Assembly (NCBI GenBank): GCA_943789275.1
Contig: CALSTM010000002.1
Location: 450,001 to 482,000 of the forward strand
Direction: 5' to 3'
Length of the DNA: 32,000 nt
From: Candidatus Poseidoniaceae archaeon
GTDB taxonomy: Archaea > Thermoplasmatota > Poseidoniia > Poseidoniales > Poseidoniaceae
The position numbers and the translations under genes were made by a program. Every line of letters starts with the position of its first letter. Within the stretch, counting starts at the first letter, position 1. Of the stretch, positions 9,300 to 17,944 are shown in pieces. Below the pieces are notes generated by a model. That model did no database searches. It had not been told where the DNA came from and was given only the letters and a program-made list of their open reading frames with translations.

Positions 9300-10379
9300 T
9301 CACCAAAACTGGTACCACGGCGAACTTTCGCCACTAAACGAGGCACTGTTAAGCGACACCGTATCGGTTGGAGTGCTTCCTGCACTTCCACCGGTCTTGA
9401 CTGCATCAATCTTGTCGATGACATCTTGACCTTCAATGACCTTACCAAAGACGGTGTGAACGCCGTCAAGGTGTGAAGGCGTGGAACCCGGAGATACGAT
9501 GAAGAATTGCGAACCACCCGTGTGAGCAGCACTGGTTTTCGCCATCGAGAGTACATACGGTTCGTGGACGTAGCCGTTATCGGCTTCGTCCGGTAAGGTC
9601 CACTCCGAAACGCCGCAGTCAGATTCTGAGGCAGAAGCTTGTCCGTTACAGTAACCAGACCAAACTACAGCATGGCCTCCGGTTCCGTCAGAATTGGTGA
9701 AATCACCGCCTTGTAGCATGAAACCAGCAATGATTCGATGATAGATGGTATCGTCGTAATGACCATCGCTAACAAGTTGCTTGAAGTTGGCCACGTGGAA
9801 TGGGGCTGCATCTTCATACAACTCAATAGTGACCTCACCTGTCTCTACAACGCCGTTCGGATTGGTCCATGACATTTCAAAGATGACCTCGTTACCCGTC
9901 GAAGAAGGATTCGCAAGGAATCCTGCCCCGGCGAGGAGAAGGAGAAGACCAGCTGCGAAAGCAAAGACGCCAGCAAGAGTGGGGGTTCCATCGTTCACCA
10001 ATCTTGGCAAGGTGCTTTGGCTGATCCCTTTTTCCTGCATTTCATTCAACAAATCATTGTATGCTGCATTCGATTTCTTATCTTTAGGATTCATCTTCAC
10101 CGAATCTCGAAGGAGTGATGCTGCCTTTCTGTATTCTGACTTTGAATTTCCACGTTGTGCGATTTTTCGTGTCGCTTCACCCGCAAGGCGAAGTGTCGTT
10201 GGATGAGTGCCATCTGCGTCGACTTCCCGAAGGGTCAAAAGTGCACCTTCCGCCTTACCTAGACCGATGGATTTCTCGGCCTTCGTCCAAGCTTTCTTTC
10301 GCGCTTGTTCCGAATCGAGAGGATTGTTCTTATCCAATGCACTAGTTTTCGATGCAGCCTTGTCCGCCTTGTCCGCCAT
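9300..10379 (-). CDS. membrane-anchored cyclophilin-type peptidyl-prolyl cis-trans isomerase
   Basis: The C-terminal domain has cyclophilin motifs HRIIAGFMLQGGDFTNSDGTGGH, LSMAKTSAAHTGGSQFFIV and LDGVHTVFGKVIEGQDVIDKI. There is a single TM helix, LAGVFAFAAGLLLLLAGAGFLA (about 9915-9980). The N-terminal ~130 aa are lysine-rich and helical. Confidence 0.85.
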   Translation of the reverse strand: MADKADKAASKTSALDKNNPLDSEQARKKAWTKAEKSIGLGKAEGALLTLREVDADGTHPTTLRLAGEATRKIAQRGNSKSEYRKAASLLRDSVKMNPKDKKSNAAYNDLLNEMQEKGISQSTLPRLVNDGTPTLAGVFAFAAGLLLLLAGAGFLANPSSTGNEVIFEMSWTNPNGVVETGEVTIELYEDAAPFHVANFKQLVSDGHYDDTIYHRIIAGFMLQGGDFTNSDGTGGHAVVWSGYCNGQASASESDCGVSEWTLPDEADNGYVHEPYVLSMAKTSAAHTGGSQFFIVSPGSTPSHLDGVHTVFGKVIEGQDVIDKIDAVKTGGSAGSTPTDTVSLNSASFSGESSPWYQFW

Positions 10380-10556
10380 GAAGACGCCAGTCCGGCGAAG
10401 GTTTTGAGCGTCGCGTAAAAAAGTGGATGTTATCGGAAGTCCTTTTTTCGGTTTTTGCGGAGTTGCGCATCAACATGTTCAAAGGGTGTATGCTGAACCC
10501 AAGCATAAGAGAGGCCAGTGAACCATCACCGAAGTACTCTCAGGGGAAAACACACA

Positions 10557-12344
10557 ATGGAGACCATTGCAAACGACTTCACCATCAACATCGCCACTGC
10601 CAACGGAACCGGTTCGCAATCTGCAAACCTCATTCTCCTCCAATCTCTTTTCGAAATGGGAGTTCCTGTTAGCGGTAAAAACATGTTCCCATCAAACATT
10701 TCAGGGCTGCCTACATGGTACATCGTACGACTTTCTGACAACGGATACCAAGCCCCCGGCAACCGAACACACATCCAAGTTCTGCTCAATCCAGCAACAT
10801 GGGATGAAGATTTGGCAAGCCTTGAGCCTGGCTCTGTAGTCATATGGAACGAAAATGCAAAGATGGAAATGAACCGAGAAGACGTTGTCTCGTATCCCAT
10901 CCCAATGTCTGCATTGGCCCGAAAGATCAATCCTAAAATTGCAAAGTTAGTGACCAACATCATCTACGTTGGCGTTCTTGCCGAACTGCTCGGAATTGAC
11001 CAAGAAGAACTCGAAGCCGCCGTTGCAAAACAATTCAAAGGTAAAGCAACAGCCATCGAACTGAACATTACCGCATTAGGCCTTGGACGTGATTATTTCA
11101 AAGATAACCTCTCGAAAAACGACCCTTATGTTGTTGAAAAGCGAGTCATTGAAAAGCCTCAATTCTTCATTGAAGGAAATGAAGCCGTTGCGCTTGGCTG
11201 TCTTTTTGGCGGTGTCCAAATGCTGGCTTGGTATCCAATTACACCCTCATCGTCACTTGCTGAAGGAATTATCAATTACATACCACAATTGCGTACCGAC
11301 GACGATGGAAATGCAACATGCGCTGTCATCCAAGCAGAAGACGAACTCGCAGCTGCCGGTATGGTCCTCGGCGCAGGTTGGGCCGGTGGGCGTGGAATGA
11401 CCGCCACATCAGGACCAGGAATTTCGCTCATGCAGGAATTCATTGGATTAGGTTACTTCGCTGAAATCCCTTCAGTGTTTTGGGACGTCAACCGTGTTGG
11501 ACCGTCAACTGGGCTTCCAACTCGAACACAACAATCTGACATCTCCATGCTTTACGAAGGCAGTCACGGCGACACGCAACATATTGTCCTCATACCTGGT
11601 ACCGTCGAAGAGTGTTTCGAATTTGGCTGGAAAGCCTTCGATTATTCCGAGCGTTACCAAACCCCAGTATTCGGTTTGAGCGACCTCGACTTGGGAATGA
11701 ACCGCTGGGCCTGTGAAGGATTCGAATATCCTGACCAAGCCATGGACCGAGGAAAAGTCGTTCGTGAGCGTGAGGTGTTTGAAGCGTTTGAAGAATTCGG
11801 ACGCTACCTCGATGTTGACGGCGATGGCATCCCCTACCGTACACTACCCGGCTCAGGCATGGACCCGATCCTCTACCGAGGAACTGGACACAATCCAAAG
11901 GGTGTTTATTCCGAAAAACCAGATGATTACTTTGAACTCATGCAGCGACTCAAGCGTAAGATTGACGGAGCACGTGACGACCTGCCTGCACCAATTCTTC
12001 GAGAAGAAGATGAATGCGAGATTGGAATCATTTACTTGGGAAGTATGGAAAACACCATTCAAGAAATCGACGACATTCTTGAAGCAACAGGAATCAAAGT
12101 GAGCCAATGCAGAGTGCGAGCACTCCCACTGCACAGCGGTGTTGAAGATTTCATTCGGCGTCATGAAATGACAATCGTCCTCGAAATCAATCGTGACGGG
12201 CAAATGTACGGCATTCTGCGAAAGGAGTTACCGAACGACCTTATTACAAAACTTCGCTCTGTCGCTTACAGCGACGGGGTACCACCTCGAGCCGGTATCT
12301 ACGCTAAACTCATTCTTGAAACCCTAAAGGAGGGAGACATTTGA
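10557..12344 (+). CDS. 2-oxoacid:ferredoxin oxidoreductase, alpha subunit (fused gamma+alpha domains)
   Basis: The N-terminal gamma-like domain has NIATANGTGSQSANLIL. The alpha domain has GNEAVALGCLFGGVQMLAWYPITPSS and TATSGPGISLM. The track start, GTG 10518, adds 13 non-conserved residues. ATG 10557 (METIANDF...) is preferred. Confidence 0.85.
   Translation: METIANDFTINIATANGTGSQSANLILLQSLFEMGVPVSGKNMFPSNISGLPTWYIVRLSDNGYQAPGNRTHIQVLLNPATWDEDLASLEPGSVVIWNENAKMEMNREDVVSYPIPMSALARKINPKIAKLVTNIIYVGVLAELLGIDQEELEAAVAKQFKGKATAIELNITALGLGRDYFKDNLSKNDPYVVEKRVIEKPQFFIEGNEAVALGCLFGGVQMLAWYPITPSSSLAEGIINYIPQLRTDDDGNATCAVIQAEDELAAAGMVLGAGWAGGRGMTATSGPGISLMQEFIGLGYFAEIPSVFWDVNRVGPSTGLPTRTQQSDISMLYEGSHGDTQHIVLIPGTVEECFEFGWKAFDYSERYQTPVFGLSDLDLGMNRWACEGFEYPDQAMDRGKVVREREVFEAFEEFGRYLDVDGDGIPYRTLPGSGMDPILYRGTGHNPKGVYSEKPDDYFELMQRLKRKIDGARDDLPAPILREEDECEIGIIYLGSMENTIQEIDDILEATGIKVSQCRVRALPLHSGVEDFIRRHEMTIVLEINRDGQMYGILRKELPNDLITKLRSVAYSDGVPPRAGIYAKLILETLKEGDI
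12327..12336 (+). promoter_or_regulatory. Shine-Dalgarno-like site for the OFOR beta subunit
   Basis: AAGGAGGGAG ends 4 nt before the TTG start at 12341. That start overlaps the alpha-subunit stop (aTTTGA), which suggests translational coupling. Confidence 0.5.
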
Positions 12345-13387
12345 GTGACAAACCAGCACGCGCAATCAAACTGAATGTTCTGAACGAACCAAAAGACAGC
12401 TACACTGGCGGTAAATCTTCACTTTGCCCCGGATGTGGACACGACCAAATTTCCAATGTCATCATTTCAGCAGCATGGGAAAACGGCATTGAACCGCACC
12501 GTGTGGCAAAGATGTCCGGTATTGGTTGCTCTTCGAAAACACCAGCATATTACCTGGGTCAATCGCATGGATTCAATACCGTTCACGGACGTATGCCGTC
12601 TGTGACCACGGGCGCTTATGCCATCAACAAGGATCTGCTGTACATTGGCGTGTCTGGAGATGGAGACTCTGCTTCAATTGGTATCGGACAACTTATCCAC
12701 GCCATCCGCAGAAATATGGACATGGTCTACATCGTTGAAAACAACGGCGTTTACGGTCTAACGAAAGGGCAATACTCGGCTACTGCTGACATCGGTTCAA
12801 AGAAAAAGAAGGGCGAACCCAACAAAACTCAACCAATCGACTTGTGCGCACTTGCTATCAACCTCGGCTGCACCTTCGTCGCCCGTTCATTCTCTGGTTC
12901 GAAAAAACAACTTGGTTCACTCTTAAAGGCAGCAATGTCGCATAAGGGATTCGCATTGATTGATGTTATCAGCCCATGTGTGACCTTCAACAACAACGAT
13001 GAATCAATGCGTTCTTATGGATACGTCAAGGAAAATGAAATTACATTGCACATGACAGACTATATCCCTCACTTCAACCCTGTCGAAGAGATTGAAGTTC
13101 CCGAAGGCCACTTTAGAGACATTGAATTGCACGATGGTTCAACCATTCGCCTTGAGACAATCTCTGCAGAACACGACCCGGGAAGTGCAGTTGCTGCACT
13201 TACAGCACTTCACGAAGCTGAGGCCAGTCAAAAACACGTTACTGGATTGCTGTATTTCGACAACACCAAGCCTTCGCTTGCTGAAGACTTGGGTCTCGTA
13301 GACACTCCACTGGTGGATGTACCGAATGAGGTATTGAGACCAAACAGGGAAACTCTGGATAAAATCAACGCCGCACTTCACAGTTGA
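12341..13387 (+). CDS. 2-oxoacid:ferredoxin oxidoreductase, beta (TPP-binding) subunit
   Basis: Motifs: LCPGCGHD, GIGCSSK, and the TPP motif GVSGDGDSASIGIGQLIHAIRRNMDMVYIVENNGVYGLTKGQ. There is a 4-nt overlap with the alpha subunit. Confidence 0.85.
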   Translation: MSDKPARAIKLNVLNEPKDSYTGGKSSLCPGCGHDQISNVIISAAWENGIEPHRVAKMSGIGCSSKTPAYYLGQSHGFNTVHGRMPSVTTGAYAINKDLLYIGVSGDGDSASIGIGQLIHAIRRNMDMVYIVENNGVYGLTKGQYSATADIGSKKKKGEPNKTQPIDLCALAINLGCTFVARSFSGSKKQLGSLLKAAMSHKGFALIDVISPCVTFNNNDESMRSYGYVKENEITLHMTDYIPHFNPVEEIEVPEGHFRDIELHDGSTIRLETISAEHDPGSAVAALTALHEAEASQKHVTGLLYFDNTKPSLAEDLGLVDTPLVDVPNEVLRPNRETLDKINAALHS

Positions 13388-13405
13388 TTCCCTGTGAAGT
13401 GTTAG

Positions 13406-14482
13406 GTGATGATGATGGCAACTGAGCTAACATTGGCTACTCTCGCTGTCATTGTCGGTTTAATCTACTCTTTGATTCGCTCCAGAAAAAATCGAAACCG
13501 CATGCTGAGTGCTGCTGCTCGAAGACAAAAGCACGCACCGAAGGAATCACTTGCCCCTCGTCGACTCAATTCGAAAGGTAAAGCCGTTCAACATGCTTCT
13601 GATGGACAATCTTCAGCCACTGAAAGACGTATTGAAAGTGCTTCGAAAGGAACATCGGATGAGAATTTGGCTGAAGATGCTTCCAATGGCGAACATGAAT
13701 CTCAACACGAATCAAGCAACGGCGCAACAGAATTAACTGACTCAAGCCGTCAAATTGACCAACTCTCCGTTCGAGAACGAGAAGAATACGATGAGAGAGA
13801 CCAAGAAAGAGATCAAAACTTGATTTCTTTGCGGCTGTTGGTTGATGACCTGTTTGATGAATCGGCACCTGATACGACATCTTCGAAAGAACCGTTAGAC
13901 GATACCGAAGACACTACGCTTGAAGACCAATTCACTGGTTCTACCATCGAACTTCGCACCACTTGGATTGAGCAGAATGAAGAACCTCTGAACCAGCATG
14001 CTGCGTTTGTAGAAACTGAAGAGATTGGCAGTGGGATACAAGTTGTTGAAACATCCACCATCGTCAATGACGATATTGAACAAAGACTTGAGCGAGAAGG
14101 TGGGAAGACCGGCGAAGTTCAAATCTCCCTCGCCTGGGACGACTACAATGATCTAGATTTGCATATATTCTGCCCTTCAGGTGAACGAATTTATTTCAAC
14201 AACAAAACGAGCGAATGCGGTGGAGAACTCGACGTGGACATGAATGTAAGACCAACGAGTAAGAACGCAGTCGAGAATGTCGTTTGGATTGAGAACGCTC
14301 CGACTGGAAAATACAAAGTTGGCGTTCATTTCTATAAGCATCACCAAAAAGAAGAAACAACAGAAACCTGTGAATTCAGAGCAAGAATCACCATCCACGG
14401 TGATGTTCGTGACTACTCCGGGCGAATTACTCACGGTCAAGCCATGCAGATGGTAACGAGTTTCACATTGAAAGAATCATAA
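13406..14482 (+). CDS. N-terminally membrane-anchored protein with a long acidic disordered linker and a C-terminal YfaP/DUF2135-like beta-sandwich domain
   Basis: TM helix LTLATLAVIVGLIYSLI is followed by RSRKNRNR. About 200 aa of D/E/S-rich sequence follow. The C-terminus reads GEVQISLAWDDYNDLDLHIFCPSGERIYFNNKTSECGGELDVDMN...VENVVWIENAPTGKYKVGVHFY. The start is ambiguous (GTG 13406, or ATG at 13409, 13412 or 13415). AGGTGA at 13404-13409 favours 13415. Confidence 0.7.
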   Translation: MMMMATELTLATLAVIVGLIYSLIRSRKNRNRMLSAAARRQKHAPKESLAPRRLNSKGKAVQHASDGQSSATERRIESASKGTSDENLAEDASNGEHESQHESSNGATELTDSSRQIDQLSVREREEYDERDQERDQNLISLRLLVDDLFDESAPDTTSSKEPLDDTEDTTLEDQFTGSTIELRTTWIEQNEEPLNQHAAFVETEEIGSGIQVVETSTIVNDDIEQRLEREGGKTGEVQISLAWDDYNDLDLHIFCPSGERIYFNNKTSECGGELDVDMNVRPTSKNAVENVVWIENAPTGKYKVGVHFYKHHQKEETTETCEFRARITIHGDVRDYSGRITHGQAMQMVTSFTLKES

Positions 14483-14490
14483 TCCAATAC

Positions 14491-14811
14491 TCAGTAGATT
14501 TTACCCGTCAAAATTCGCATAAGGCGGGCCAGCAGGGATACATGAGGCCTTTCACACAACCCTAAGCGCCAATCCAACTCATTGGCCTTATCGTATTTGA
14601 GCAGTTCTTCAAACCCCCCAATCCATTCATCATCAATGAAAATCTGAGGTATCGTTTTGCTTCCATTCGTGCGAACTTGGAATTCAACATCAGTTCGCCT
14701 TGAAGAACCCAACCGGATTTCCTCGTATGGCACCCCTTTCGAGTCGAGGAGGCGTTTGGCATTGACGCATGCCCCACACCCTTTGTTGGTATACAACTCC
14801 ACTTTGGCCAT
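14491..14811 (-). CDS. glutaredoxin-family protein (CGAC active site) with a C-terminal extension
   Basis: VELYTNKGCGACVNAKRLLDSKGVPYEEI...TIPQIFIDDEWIGGFEEL is the classic Grx fold signature (CxxC, TVP-like TIPQ, GG). About 30 extra C-terminal residues follow. Confidence 0.8.
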   Translation of the reverse strand: MAKVELYTNKGCGACVNAKRLLDSKGVPYEEIRLGSSRRTDVEFQVRTNGSKTIPQIFIDDEWIGGFEELLKYDKANELDWRLGLCERPHVSLLARLMRILTGKIY

Positions 14812-14861
14812 GCACCGCTGTCATCAATTGATGATTCAAAACCTTTGATGGATTGATGCGG

Positions 14862-14937
14862 TGGTAGTCCCTCTCGGATTTGAACCGAGGTCGGAGGAAC
14901 CAGAATCCTCCATGATGGACCGCTACACTAAGGGACT
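14862..14937 (-). tRNA. tRNA-Gln (anticodon CUG), 3' CCA encoded
   Basis: Folded by hand. The acceptor stem AGTCCCT/AGGGACT is 7 bp with A1-U72. The anticodon stem is GAGGA/TCCTC, with loop TTCTGGT. The T arm is CTCGG-TTCAAAT-CCGAG. Discriminator A is followed by CCA. Confidence 0.85.
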
Positions 14938-15052
14938 GTTCATCCGTGCCAATAGCCATTCCTTCTTCAATTGAGCGGTGCAGCAATGCTTGTAGAATGA
15001 CGAAACAATCTTGATTCCAACTGGATACAGCGTGGTGGATTTCTACCCGACG

Positions 15053-15247
15053 TCAAATGCTGACGAATCGGAAGAGAACCTTCGAGACAGCGCTGAGCAT
15101 GAGTACAATCATGAATGAGCCAAGAGCCCATCGTGCCCATGGTCGTTCGTTTTTTTCAGGTGGCCACGGGTCGATACCCAAAGCCTCAGCTTCACGAACG
15201 AGTGCTGCAAGTTCTTGTAGTTCCTCCTCCATCGACTGTGCTGCCAT
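15053..15247 (-). CDS. small tail-anchored membrane protein (hypothetical)
   Basis: 64-aa ORF with an acidic helical N-terminus (EEELQELAALVREAEALG) and one C-terminal TM segment (WALGSFMIVLMLSAVSKVLF). It fills an otherwise empty gap. Support is ORF and hydrophobicity pattern only. Confidence 0.4.
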   Translation of the reverse strand: MAAQSMEEELQELAALVREAEALGIDPWPPEKNERPWARWALGSFMIVLMLSAVSKVLFRFVSI

Positions 15248-15338
15248 GTCAAACCGTGCCGGCTGGACCTACATGAGATTCACGCATGACCATCAAGAGG
15301 AAACAAAGACTTGAAACCATTGGCCGAGAGCGAAATGT

Positions 15339-16856
15339 ATGAGCGAAGTACCGCAAGGCGTGTCGTTCGGTGATTTTGAGCGTAAAGCCCCTCGTCCAAC
15401 GGCTACAATGACCATGACCCGTGACGGACCAAAAGGCGTAGAAGTACTCCTTGGACTCCGTTCGGAAACTATGGCTGCATTCCCTGGTTACTGGGCCTTC
15501 CCGGGAGGAGGGTTGTCACGCGTAGACCAATCAGCAATTGACCAACTCAAGGGTTTTGATGGCTCTGAAGCAAAAGCTACAGCATGTATTCTTCGAGAAA
15601 TGAGTGAAGAATTGGGCCTCGCTCCTTCAAAGCAAGGTTTAGTCCAACTGCCGCTTTATGCACGCAAAGAAATTATTGCTGACAAGAGCAGATATCTCCC
15701 CTTAGCACTGGAAGGTGCCTTTCCATACGACACCTCCTCGATACACGTTTTGAGCCATCGAATTACCCCACCGTTTGGACCAATTCAATTTGATAATGCA
15801 TTCATGCACATTCACGCAGGCCCTATCGAAAATGTGCCGCTTATCGATCTTGAACCACAGACTGAATTTACCGAAATCTTGTGGGCGACACCCGTCGAAA
15901 TACTGTCGAGATGGTCGAACCATGAAATCAAAGTGGCACCTCCAGTTGTCACCCTCTTGATGGAAATTGAACGAACCCTTGAACGAAAAAACCGTGACAT
16001 GAAACTTGCTGCTCTTGATATCAGTGAGCGATTGCCGGGACGTCGTTCCATTCTTTTTGCACACGGTGTTGAGGTCGTTCCGGTAAAAACGGCTACATTG
16101 CCTCCTGCAGACCACACCAACTGCTACCTCGTTGGCGACCCTGAAGGTGACTTTATCCTCGTCGACCCTGCATCGCATTTACGCGAAGGAATGGAAGACA
16201 TGGCAAAAGCGGTAGACAGACACAAAGGCAAACTTGTAGCGATGATGTTTACCCATTCGCATGGCGACCATGTGGGTGATATCGGGCTACTAAGAGAAGC
16301 ATTTGATGTGCCAATATGGGGCAGTGAATATACTGCCAAGACCGTCAAATGTGACCGAATACTCGAAGATGGAGAAGTTCTCGAACTTGGAAATCAAACA
16401 TGGCAAGTCCTCATCACACCCGGGCATCATCCCGGGCATATCTGCCTTTTGAGTCAAGCAGGACTCATCGCAGGAGACATGGTTGCAGGAATTGGGACGA
16501 TACTGATCCCTCCGCACACCGGTGACATGAACGTGTACCTTGAACAACTCGAACGGCTAAAGAACTTGGACCCTCACCTTTTGTTTCCGAGTCACGGACC
16601 AGTAATCGCGCTACCCGAACAAAAATTCAACCATTACATCCAACACAGAATGGCTCGACACCAAGCCGTTTATGACGCCGTTGATTCAGGAAAACAAACG
16701 CTTTCCGAAATTGCTCGACATGCGTATGCCGATACACCCAACGCTCACCCTGGACTAGCTCGAGACCAAACGCTCTCGCATTTACTGTCACATCAACGAG
16801 CTGGCATGTTGTTTGAAGAATCTTCAGTATGGATGACATCCAAGACCAAACTTTAG
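15339..16856 (+). CDS. Nudix-like domain fused to an MBL-fold metallo-hydrolase
   Basis: The N-terminal part has GYWAFPGGG...REMSEELGL, a Nudix-box-like sequence interrupted by an insertion. The C-terminal part has the MBL motif THSHGDHVGD (16254-16271) followed by TPGHHPGH and FPSHGP. Confidence 0.75.
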   Translation: MSEVPQGVSFGDFERKAPRPTATMTMTRDGPKGVEVLLGLRSETMAAFPGYWAFPGGGLSRVDQSAIDQLKGFDGSEAKATACILREMSEELGLAPSKQGLVQLPLYARKEIIADKSRYLPLALEGAFPYDTSSIHVLSHRITPPFGPIQFDNAFMHIHAGPIENVPLIDLEPQTEFTEILWATPVEILSRWSNHEIKVAPPVVTLLMEIERTLERKNRDMKLAALDISERLPGRRSILFAHGVEVVPVKTATLPPADHTNCYLVGDPEGDFILVDPASHLREGMEDMAKAVDRHKGKLVAMMFTHSHGDHVGDIGLLREAFDVPIWGSEYTAKTVKCDRILEDGEVLELGNQTWQVLITPGHHPGHICLLSQAGLIAGDMVAGIGTILIPPHTGDMNVYLEQLERLKNLDPHLLFPSHGPVIALPEQKFNHYIQHRMARHQAVYDAVDSGKQTLSEIARHAYADTPNAHPGLARDQTLSHLLSHQRAGMLFEESSVWMTSKTKL

Positions 16857-16881
16857 AACACTTCCATCATGTCGTCGAAGT

Positions 16882-17901
16882 ATGGCTCGAAGAGTTGAAT
16901 TTACCAAAGCCGGCTCTCCGAGCACGATTCGGGTTGCAGATATGCCAATGCCTGAACCAAAATTAGGGCAAGTTCGAGTGAAAGTGGCTTTTGCAGGGAT
17001 TAACTTTGCAGACCTTCTTATGCGACTTGGGTTCTATCAACCTCGCCCACCTTATCCGTTTACACCCGGTTACGAAGTAAGCGGTGTTATCGATTCAATT
17101 GGCGATGAAGAGTCGGAGTTCACGGTTGGCCAGCGTGTTGTAGCAGCCATGTCAACTGGAGGACAAGCCAGCCATGTTGTGGTCGATGCCCGACGGGTCT
17201 TGCCTCTACCGGATGAAATAACACTCGAGGACGCTGCTGCAATACCTGTGACCTACCTCACAGCACACCATATGCTGCATCACCTTGGCCATCTTGGTCA
17301 AGATGAGTCTGTACTCATCCATGGTGGTGCAGGAGGTGTTGGAACTGCCGCATTGCAATTGTGTCAATGGGCGGGAGTGAGTCAAGTGTGGGCGACTGCT
17401 TCTGGTTCCAAATCCGAAATCATCGAATCTTATGGCGGGAGGGCAATTGACCGACACAACCAAGATTTTGTTTCCATCATCAAAAAAGAAACCGACGGCC
17501 AGGGTGTCGATCATATTCTTGACCCTATAGGAGGGGATAATCTCGCTCGTTCTCTTTCAGTGTTAAAGGAAGGAGGACGCCTCTATACCTACGGCATGTC
17601 CGCTGTTGCACCGACATCAAAACGTTCGATGTTGCGATCATTTTTGGCATGGAGAAAAACACCTGCTTTCGACCCACTCCGCTTGATGACGAGAAATCGA
17701 GGTGTTTTTGGAGTTCACATGGGGACATGGAAAAACGAAGTGGTCATGCTTGAACAGTTACAACGAGTCATGGAAGGCGTCCTCAGTGGAGCGCTTAAGC
17801 CCGTGATTGACACTGTTTTTGATGTCGAAGACGTAGCCAAAGCCCATCAATACCTCCACGACGGGAAAAATATTGGAAAAGTCCTACTTCGATTCAAGTG
17901 A
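16882..17901 (+). CDS. zinc-type alcohol dehydrogenase/quinone oxidoreductase family (MDR, VAT-1-like) NAD(P)H-dependent oxidoreductase
   Basis: Motifs: GINFADLLMRLGFYQPRPPYPFTPGYEVSGVI, Rossmann motif VLIHGGAGGVGTAALQL, and C-terminal GKNIGKVLL. Confidence 0.8.
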   Translation: MARRVEFTKAGSPSTIRVADMPMPEPKLGQVRVKVAFAGINFADLLMRLGFYQPRPPYPFTPGYEVSGVIDSIGDEESEFTVGQRVVAAMSTGGQASHVVVDARRVLPLPDEITLEDAAAIPVTYLTAHHMLHHLGHLGQDESVLIHGGAGGVGTAALQLCQWAGVSQVWATASGSKSEIIESYGGRAIDRHNQDFVSIIKKETDGQGVDHILDPIGGDNLARSLSVLKEGGRLYTYGMSAVAPTSKRSMLRSFLAWRKTPAFDPLRLMTRNRGVFGVHMGTWKNEVVMLEQLQRVMEGVLSGALKPVIDTVFDVEDVAKAHQYLHDGKNIGKVLLRFK

Positions 17902-17944
17902 GTATTGAAGAAGCGTCGACTGCAGGTTGGTTTGGGGCGAGCAC

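Noticed and set aside
10518-10556. GTG start at 10518 for the OFOR alpha subunit (track)
   Set aside because: The 13 extra residues (MNHHRSTLRGKHT) are not family-like. ATG 10557 begins the conserved N-terminus and has a GGGGA purine patch upstream. I kept it only as an alternative.
14812-14861. Possible C/D-box sRNA (UGAUGA at 14829-14834 and a second UGAUGG) between tRNA-Gln and grx
   Set aside because: There is no D box (CUGA) at an appropriate distance on either strand and no terminal stem. The UGAUGA alone is expected by chance.
14690-14986. 98-aa minus-strand ORF in the track
   Set aside because: It runs straight through tRNA-Gln (14862-14937) and the glutaredoxin 5' end, so it is an artefact.
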